A stretch of 59,573 nucleotides of DNA from an uncultured virus (IMG/VR IMGVR_UViG_3300050821_016519) (lineage: Duplodnaviria; Heunggongvirae; Uroviricota; Caudoviricetes). A model generated the notes under the pieces. It searched no databases. It was not told where the DNA came from and saw only the letters and a list, made by a program, of their open reading frames with translations. The stretch lies in IMG/VR virus record IMGVR_UViG_3300050821_016519; one strand, written 5' to 3'. A program made the translations under genes and the position numbers. Each line of letters opens with the position of its first letter. The first letter of the stretch is position 1. Positions 52,682 to 59,573 of this stretch are shown in pieces.

Positions 52682-54121
52682 GTGAAAGAGACGCGAAGAC
52701 GCGGCGACACGGGGACGCGGAGAGGGGGCGAGGGCAAGACCGTGCGCCTGTTCCGCGGCGATTGCCTGGAGGTGCTACGCACGCTGGCCGCCGACAGCGT
52801 CGATGCCATCGTGACTGATCCGCCGGCGGGAATTTCGTTCATGGGGAAGGCTTGGGATGACTTAGGCCCCCGTGAAGCCTTCATCGCCTTCCTGACCGAA
52901 GTGATGAAAGAATGCTTACGGGTGCTCAAGCCCGGCGGTCATGCCCTGGTGTGGGCGATCCCGCGGACGAGCCACTGGACGGGGATGGCGATTGAAGACG
53001 CGGGGTTTGAGGTACGCGAAAGAATTGCGCACATCTTTGGTACGGGCTTCCCGAAAAGTTTGTCCGTGGGGAAAGCGATCGACCGCGAAGCCGGCGCGAA
53101 GCGGAAATTCATCAGAGAGAATCCGCACGCGAGGCCGAATCAGGACGGAAAAACGATTTGGGTCGGAGACAAGCCGGGCAAAGAACAATCGCATCCGCCG
53201 ATTACCGCGCCCGCCACCGATGCCGCGAAGCAATATGACGGCTTCGGCACCGCCCTCAAACCCGCCGTGGAAGACTGGTGGCTCTGTCGTAAGCCCCTGA
53301 GTGAATCGACGGTAGCCAGGAACGTCTTGAAGCACGGAACGGGGGCGCTGAATATCGACGGGACGAGGATCGGATTCGCCTCCAACGGAGATAAAGCAGC
53401 AGCAGCAGCAGCAGCAGCGCAACGCCTGTGCCATGACCAGAACAAGGGGCGGCATGCTTACGGGCAATTCGAGAATGGGCCGGCGTCGCTCGCGCCGTAC
53501 CTGAACGGCATGGACAAAGGTCGCTGGCCGGCGAACCTCGTTTTATCCCATCATCCCTCCTGTAACGGCGACTGTCACCCCGACTGCCCGGTGAGGCTGC
53601 TGAATGAGCAGAGCGGCGTCACGCGATCGGCTGGAGTGCAAGCGCCACGCGGGCCGAACTATTTGAACGAGGTTTTCGGCAATGGCTTGGGCGGCGTCGA
53701 GAATTCACAGAACCGACACGGCGACTCCGGTGGCGCTTCCCGTTTCTTCTACTGCGCCAAAGCCAGCCGGCGCGACCGCAACGAGGGATTGGAAGACGCC
53801 CCGAAGAAACACGTCCGACGCGACGACGGCCAGCCCTACGGGATGAACACGAACACGCATCGACCCGACGGCAGCGAGCGAAAAGAAATCCCGCCACGAG
53901 CGAATCATCACCCCACGGTCAAAAACACCGACTTGATGCGCTGGCTCATCCGCCTCATCACCCCGCCCGGCGGCACGGTGCTCGACTGCTTCATGGGCTC
54001 GGGCTCGACCGGAAAAGCGGCAGTGTTGGAAGGGATGAAGTTCATCGGCATCGAAAGAGAACTCGCCTACTTCAAGATCGCCCAGAAGCGCATCCGACAC
54101 GCGCAGTCTCAACCTGAGTAA
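52682..54121 (+). CDS. DNA N6-adenine/N4-cytosine methyltransferase (beta class)
   Basis: GDCLEVL, IVTDPPAG, GFPKS, HPTVK, VLDCFMGSGSTG; start uncertain. Confidence 0.9.
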   Translation: MKETRRRGDTGTRRGGEGKTVRLFRGDCLEVLRTLAADSVDAIVTDPPAGISFMGKAWDDLGPREAFIAFLTEVMKECLRVLKPGGHALVWAIPRTSHWTGMAIEDAGFEVRERIAHIFGTGFPKSLSVGKAIDREAGAKRKFIRENPHARPNQDGKTIWVGDKPGKEQSHPPITAPATDAAKQYDGFGTALKPAVEDWWLCRKPLSESTVARNVLKHGTGALNIDGTRIGFASNGDKAAAAAAAAQRLCHDQNKGRHAYGQFENGPASLAPYLNGMDKGRWPANLVLSHHPSCNGDCHPDCPVRLLNEQSGVTRSAGVQAPRGPNYLNEVFGNGLGGVENSQNRHGDSGGASRFFYCAKASRRDRNEGLEDAPKKHVRRDDGQPYGMNTNTHRPDGSERKEIPPRANHHPTVKNTDLMRWLIRLITPPGGTVLDCFMGSGSTGKAAVLEGMKFIGIERELAYFKIAQKRIRHAQSQPE

Positions 54122-54126
54122 AGACT

Positions 54127-54351
54127 ATGTCCCTCGACCCCTCCACTGAACTAGCGCTTCTGGAAACCGCCTACCAGAACTACATCACCTCGGGGATCGC
54201 CTCCTACACCATCGGGACCGATCAGGGGCATCGCCAGGTGACCAAGATCAATATCCTCCAGTTGATTACCCGGATGGATCAATTAAGGGCCATGGTGTGG
54301 AGGGAGCAGAACGGGATGTTCCAGGCGGCCAATAACCGGCTGCCGGAGTGA
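54127..54351 (+). CDS. gpW-like head completion protein
   Basis: helix-SYTIG...RQVT-helix, 74 aa, between TerL and portal. Confidence 0.55.
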   Translation: MSLDPSTELALLETAYQNYITSGIASYTIGTDQGHRQVTKINILQLITRMDQLRAMVWREQNGMFQAANNRLPE

Positions 54352-54354
54352 CGA

Positions 54355-54738
54355 ATGCCGAAGCCGAAGGAACTGGAGAAGTGGAAGCCTGAGTCGCTGC
54401 GTCTGGAGATGGCTTGGGTCGGCAACGGCGTCCTTCTACAAACCTGTTTCGCGGTCAACTGCGATGCCCCGGTCGGAAGCGTCTGGGTTCGTCTCGGAAG
54501 CAACTCCTATCGGCAAGCTGTCTGCGAGGTGATCGACATCTACGTCCCCAAGATTTACCGCCGCATGGGGATCGCCAGCTTCATGATGAAAAGCCTGCTC
54601 GACGGCTACGGAATTTTGAAGACGGGGACGGGCTCGAAAGACGGCGGCATGGCGCTCCTGAAAGCGCTGGGCTGGAAGCGGAACCGCCAAACCGGCGACT
54701 GGTATCTTTTCGGCAAGCGCAAGCGGATTGCGCAGTAG
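54355..54738 (+). CDS. GNAT-family acetyltransferase-like protein
   Basis: IYVPKIYRRMGIAS...GMALLKALGW. Confidence 0.65.
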   Translation: MPKPKELEKWKPESLRLEMAWVGNGVLLQTCFAVNCDAPVGSVWVRLGSNSYRQAVCEVIDIYVPKIYRRMGIASFMMKSLLDGYGILKTGTGSKDGGMALLKALGWKRNRQTGDWYLFGKRKRIAQ

Positions 54739-54747
54739 AATGTGACC

Positions 54748-56560
54748 GTGCATCCACTGTTCAAATCGGCGCTGGTGGCGTTCGGCTGCAATCCCGCAGC
54801 GTCGGATGAGCAGGCATTGCGGTTTTTTGACAGGTTGCCCCTTGAGGCGAAGAACGCGGTGGACGCCCGGTTCGATCAGTTGATCTGGGATTCTGCAATC
54901 TCGCTGGACCGGAATATGCCGCTCCGCGACTTCCATCCCGATCCCGCGCCCGCCGCCGTCGTCACCGATGATCTGGGGACGTTCTCGACCGGCATGGAAG
55001 CGTTCTACAAGCCTGCGCTGGGCGTCCCATTCGACAGTCTGAGGCCACAGGATTTGCACGCGATCAATTCCATCGCTGCCCAGATCGAGGGGTTCGGCCG
55101 CCACAAACAGAGCTACACCCTGGAGCCCACGCGCTGGGCGAGGTTCAAGGGACGGTTCTATTTCGGCCCATTGCCGAATGGCCAGCCCCGACTGTGGCCC
55201 GCTTCCACGATGTTTTGGTCGGTTGTCGTCGTCATGAACGCGCTCCGATTTCACATGGGATATGCGTGGGCGAGCCAGAATCAATACCGGATTCCCGCCC
55301 TCACAGCATTAATGGTCGCTTGGTTGATCTTGTTCCGGGCGCAGCTTCGATATAGGCGCTGGCAGAAGCAACAGAGCGAGCATCTGAAAATGCAACTGAC
55401 GTAAGGAACCCGATGGCCCGCATGAGCTGGAAGAAAAAGAAGATCAAGCTGAACGAGACCTTCCGCCATGACGACGGGCGAATTCTGAGCATCGTGCATA
55501 GTGTGACGCTGGAGGGTGACGAATCGGCGATCGCGGAATTCATCGACAGATTTGACGTTGAACCGCCGCTTGATCCTGATCGACATCAAAGGTGGGAACG
55601 GGTACACGGCGAAAGTCACGTCCAAACGATGCCGCTGCCGCTGCCGCCTCTGCCCCCTGCGCCGGAAAACGTGGTGATTCGAGAGGGAACGGATCGACCG
55701 ATGAGGAAATCATGACCCGCCGCGCCTTCTGCAAACTGTTCGCCGCCGCCGCTGCCGCCATCGCGCTGCCGCCGATCGACTTCGCCGCCAGCAACGATGG
55801 TGTAGACATCAAACGGAACCTGTGAACTCCCGTTGGTCATCCACAAAGGCCAGAACGTCGGCCCCTCGACAGCCCAGCCGGAAATCCTGCGCTACTGGCA
55901 GACGGAAGTGGAGAAGATCAACAGCCAGACGTGGATTCCCAAGTGTCCGCCCCACTGGCGCATTCAGTCGATCGAGGCGCGTCCGATCGAAGGCAGTTGC
56001 GCAATGTTCACGGTCGTCTACCGGTTTGAAACGACGACTCCCCTTCCATGACGGATCGCCCTGCGGATGCGCTCCTGTTGCTGGCGCGGCAGGTGTGAGA
56101 AATCCCGGCTGATCCACTTCGCGCGAAGTTTTTTCAATCCCAATCTTGGCATCGACCAGCATTCTAACCGCCGCTGAAAACGGCAAAGGATTTTCCCATG
56201 AACCGCGTTGAACAACTCGCCGGACAACTTCAACCCGCCAAGCCGGACGGCCTCAATCTTGATGACGTCGCCCAGATGCTTTTCGAGAACAACCAGCAAC
56301 TTATGCACGTGGCTTCCCAGGCTCGCGGTGTGCATGACACTTGGCGCGGGATCATGTTCGGCGAAGGCCAAAAGGGCGTCGATCCCTCGCCGATCCGACC
56401 GGAAGGCCGTGCGCCGCTGGCCCGTTTGATCCGCGAGCAAAGGGAACTGATCGACGACGTGGAAAAGATGCTCGTCATCCTGCACGAAAATCTCAGCAAC
56501 TCGCGCACCGAGGTCGGGCAGCCCCTTGGCGGTCATCAGCAACTCGCCGCCCTCCGCTAA
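54748..56560 (+). other. accessory genes between gpW-like gene and portal (54748-55404, 55413-55715, 55712-56051, 56198-56560)
   Basis: co-oriented ORFs; first has two TM segments. Confidence 0.5.
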
Positions 56561-56747
56561 TCTTTTCTCGGCCTCTCCATCCATCCGATTCCCGCAGTCA
56601 ACGCGATCGCGAGCAGAAGGACCTCCTTCCCCATCGGCGTCGTATGCGCATCTCCCTTTGCTGCCAAGACCCCGAGCGAAAGCAGACAGACGGCCCGCGC
56701 CATCGACGTCATCATCGCGTGAAGAAATTTCATCGGTCTCCATTGTA

Positions 56748-59573
56748 ATGCCCCGCCGCAATCCCTACCGCCCGATCAACCGCGCCACCGCGCCGGAGAT
56801 GGAGCTGCCCGCCGAGAAGCAGGCCCGCCGGCTCCGCGCCCAGGTCGAGGTGATGGCCCTCCAGGCGACCAAGAAAAGGATGCGCGAGGGACAGGCCGCC
56901 CTCTCCATCCACGCCGCCGCCGATACCGGACGCCGCAACACCGACTGGCGGGCCAACAACGCCTCGGCAGATTTAGCCAACATCCCCGATTCCCCGGTGA
57001 TGATCGGGCGGGCGCGGCAGCTCGATCGCGATTCCTGGCTGGCGCGGTCGGCGAAGAAATCCTTCGTCCGCAACGTCGTCGGCAAGGGCATTCAAGTCAT
57101 CCCCCACGCCAAAGACCCCAAGGGCAAACCGCTGACGCAATTGAATCTGGTGGTGGCCCGCTTGTGGCACCGCTGGTGTCTGCACTGCGACATCGAGCGG
57201 CGCAAGAGCTTCAACCAGATGCAAAGACTGGCCGCGGCCGACAAGTTCATCGCCGGCGAGCACCTGTGGATGTGGTCCTACAAGTTCCCCGGTTTGCTCA
57301 ACGAGGGGATCATCGATCGCAATCAACCGGTCGGTCTGCGCTTGCAAGCCTTCGAGGCGGAACAGTTCGACCTGCGCATTCTCAGCTATGCCGGACGGGA
57401 AGTCAGAGGCGGGGTGGAAGTGGACGAGAACGGGGCGCCGCTCGCATACCACATTTACACCCGTAACCCCAACGACGTTTTATATCGGCACGCATTCTTT
57501 TCCGAGCGCGTTCCCCGGCAGCGGATGTTTCACTATTTCGATCAGGAAAGAGTTTTGCAGACCCGCGGCGTGACCGGTCTGTCCCCGGTGATGGCCGACA
57601 TGCGCGATATCTCCCGCGTTCAGACGGCCTCGATCTGGCGCATGGAAATGGAAAGCTGCATCGGATTAATCATCGAGCAACCGATGCCCGGCAACAACAT
57701 CGGCCCCGCCACCTCATTCGGTCCGCCCACCAACGGCAGCGGCCAGACGCCCAGTGGGATGAACGAAATCGACTTCGTCCCCGGCATGGTCGCGCGAACC
57801 GTACCGGGTGAGAAGGTCCAGAGCCTGGTGCCGCAATCGCCGGGCAATCAATACAACCCGTTCATGGAGACGACCGTGCGCGGCATCGGCGCGGCTTTGG
57901 GCCAGAGCTACGGCCAGATCGCGCGGCGCAACGACTCCAACTACTCCGCCGCCCGCCAGGACATGCTGGAAGATCGCAAGGAACAGGAGCCCGAGCAGCA
58001 ACTATTCATCGACGCCATGGTCCGGCCCGCCTACGAACTGTTTTTCAACTGGGCGGTGATGGAAGGCCGGCTGGACGGGATCGAGGGATTCTCAACCGAC
58101 GAGTTCCTCGCCGATCGTTTTCGCTATGTCGAAGCGGATTATCTCCCGCCCAGTCAGTCGTGGATCGATCCCGAGAAGGAAGCCAACGCCTTCGTCATCC
58201 TGCTCAAGAACCGCCTGATCACCCGCGAGGAGATCGTCGCGTTGCGCGGCGGGCGCTATTCGCACGTCATCGAGAAGCTGGCCGAGGAGAAGAACCTGGC
58301 CGAAAACCGCGGACTCACGCTGCCGGAGAACGACGACGAGCGGAACAACGTCCGCGAATTGGTCAAAGCGGCCATCGAGAATCGCCAGGGGACGGTCGAC
58401 GCCGTCAGCGCCAACCTGCTTGATCTGTCAGCGATGTTCCAACAGGGCGGTCTGCCGGTGCAGAAGAATTACACCCAGCCGCTCCTGCCGGTGCAGACGC
58501 CGACGGGCGGGACGATCACCGGCGATCCGGTCACCAACAAAGCTGGGAAAGTCATCGGTGGCGGAGTGGAGGAACCGGCGGTGCCGGCGGGAGGAGGAGG
58601 GGGAGAGGGGGAGAGTGGGGGAGGGGGAGGCGGAGGAAACGGAGCCGCGGCGACACCGGCGCCAAAGCCGGGAGGGGGAAGTGGACAGGGCGTGCACGTG
58701 CACGTGGCCATGCCGGCGGCCCCCGCGCCCAAGCCTCCGGGCGGAAATGGCAACCCTTCGACAAGCTCAGGACAGGACGGCAATGGGAAGGGCAAGAACG
58801 GCAAAACGCCAGCCAAGGCGGGCGGTCGCATCGCGGCCAGTGCGGCGCCGGGCGGGGGGGGCACGGTGGAAGGCGTCAGCGATTTCATCCTCCAGCAGCA
58901 GCGCGGCAGTCCCGCAGGGGGGGTCGACGTGCAATCGGCAGCCGATCGCCAGGCCCGCGATGAAGTGGCCGGCGGACCGTGGCCGCTTCCGCAGGTTCCC
59001 CCGCCCTCGGTGCCGAATTACCGCCAATCGCCCGATGAAGTGTCGAGCTGCGCCACCTGCTCGTTCGCCAATGGTTCACGCTGCACGATGTTCAATTTCA
59101 TTTTCGATCCCAGCTACGTCTGCGACAAATGGATCGCCAGGACGCTGACCGAAAATATCGGCGTGCCGAACACGGCCAAGACGTTTCCCCCAGGCCCGCA
59201 GCCGGGACAGATCGATCTGGAAAGCCGGTTCTATCCCGACAGCGATCCTTACGGCCCGTTCGGGCAGACGACCAGCATGAGCGCCGAAGAGCGCCGTTTG
59301 GTGAGGAGAGCGGGCGAAAGGGAGAGGGGGCGAGGGGGAGAGCGGCCGGAGCTTCCCGCCATTCACATTCATCAAGCGCCGCAGATCGACCTGGCATCGC
59401 TCAGAGCCGCCGCCGGATTGGCCGTGCAAGCGCCAGCTCCGGCGCAGGTGAACGTGTCACCGATCATCAACGTGGAATTTCCCCCGCAGCCCCCCCTGCC
59501 GACTCCCCTGCCCCCCCTGCCGCCGCAATTCACGGTGCAGTCCCCGGTGAACGTGTCCCCGATCGTCAATGTG
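56748..59573 (+). CDS. lambda-family portal protein with long C-terminal extension (open to window end, not in the ORF track)
   Basis: RARQLDRD, NVVGKGI, LQAFEAEQ, GGVEVDENG.PLAYH, QTRG, NYSAARQDMLE, WIDPEKE; no stop seen in 942 codons. Confidence 0.92.
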   Translation, partial: MPRRNPYRPINRATAPEMELPAEKQARRLRAQVEVMALQATKKRMREGQAALSIHAAADTGRRNTDWRANNASADLANIPDSPVMIGRARQLDRDSWLARSAKKSFVRNVVGKGIQVIPHAKDPKGKPLTQLNLVVARLWHRWCLHCDIERRKSFNQMQRLAAADKFIAGEHLWMWSYKFPGLLNEGIIDRNQPVGLRLQAFEAEQFDLRILSYAGREVRGGVEVDENGAPLAYHIYTRNPNDVLYRHAFFSERVPRQRMFHYFDQERVLQTRGVTGLSPVMADMRDISRVQTASIWRMEMESCIGLIIEQPMPGNNIGPATSFGPPTNGSGQTPSGMNEIDFVPGMVARTVPGEKVQSLVPQSPGNQYNPFMETTVRGIGAALGQSYGQIARRNDSNYSAARQDMLEDRKEQEPEQQLFIDAMVRPAYELFFNWAVMEGRLDGIEGFSTDEFLADRFRYVEADYLPPSQSWIDPEKEANAFVILLKNRLITREEIVALRGGRYSHVIEKLAEEKNLAENRGLTLPENDDERNNVRELVKAAIENRQGTVDAVSANLLDLSAMFQQGGLPVQKNYTQPLLPVQTPTGGTITGDPVTNKAGKVIGGGVEEPAVPAGGGGGEGESGGGGGGGNGAAATPAPKPGGGSGQGVHVHVAMPAAPAPKPPGGNGNPSTSSGQDGNGKGKNGKTPAKAGGRIAASAAPGGGGTVEGVSDFILQQQRGSPAGGVDVQSAADRQARDEVAGGPWPLPQVPPPSVPNYRQSPDEVSSCATCSFANGSRCTMFNFIFDPSYVCDKWIARTLTENIGVPNTAKTFPPGPQPGQIDLESRFYPDSDPYGPFGQTTSMSAEERRLVRRAGERERGRGGERPELPAIHIHQAPQIDLASLRAAAGLAVQAPAPAQVNVSPIINVEFPPQPPLPTPLPPLPPQFTVQSPVNVSPIVNV

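Larger units (their letters stand above)
20709..59342. repeat. dispersed short repeat families (REP/STRR-like)
   Basis: GACGCGG-x units at ~36590, 38755-38840, 43760, 52690; GGGGAGA-type units at ~24840, 42705, 58600, 59315; TCGAC..GCTCAGG.CAGG at 20709, 24625, 58754; TCATTCG x3 at ~23370. Confidence 0.6.

Noticed and set aside
57164..59569. Short ORFs listed over the last 2.5 kb
   Set aside because: Alternative frames of the portal ORF, which the track missed because it has no stop inside the window
1..59573. CRISPR array, diversity-generating retroelement or retron
   Set aside because: No regularly spaced repeats, no reverse transcriptase motif and no TR/VR pair seen by eye

Overview
GC-rich segment of a temperate tailed-phage genome, most likely from a planctomycete host (inferred from protein styles, a PEP-CTERM tag and repeat types; not proven). 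1-11 kb: leftward early/accessory genes (DUF5131, a frameshifted tyrosine recombinase, DnaA-C protein, C5 methyltransferase, HNH). 11.2-14.5 kb: an intact attP (3' half of tRNA-Phe plus arm repeats), integrase/Xis and a ribbon-helix-helix switch, so this looks like the non-integrated form. 15-19 kb: an IS1595-type MITE, a ParA/RHH partition pair and a dif-like site. 22-45.6 kb: membrane/lysis-like and adhesin/depolymerase-like genes, interrupted by a 2.86-kb IS1595-family element with 8-bp TSD carrying a CapRel-like toxSAS. 45.7 kb-end: lambda-type packaging genes, with TerS separated from TerL by an inverted 4.4-kb operon, TerL split at a prfB-type CTT-TGA-C site, and a >940-aa portal with a HiPIP-like 4-Cys motif that runs off the window. 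Several other apparent indels exist, so the frameshift calls need read-level checking. All family assignments are by motif recognition, without database searches.
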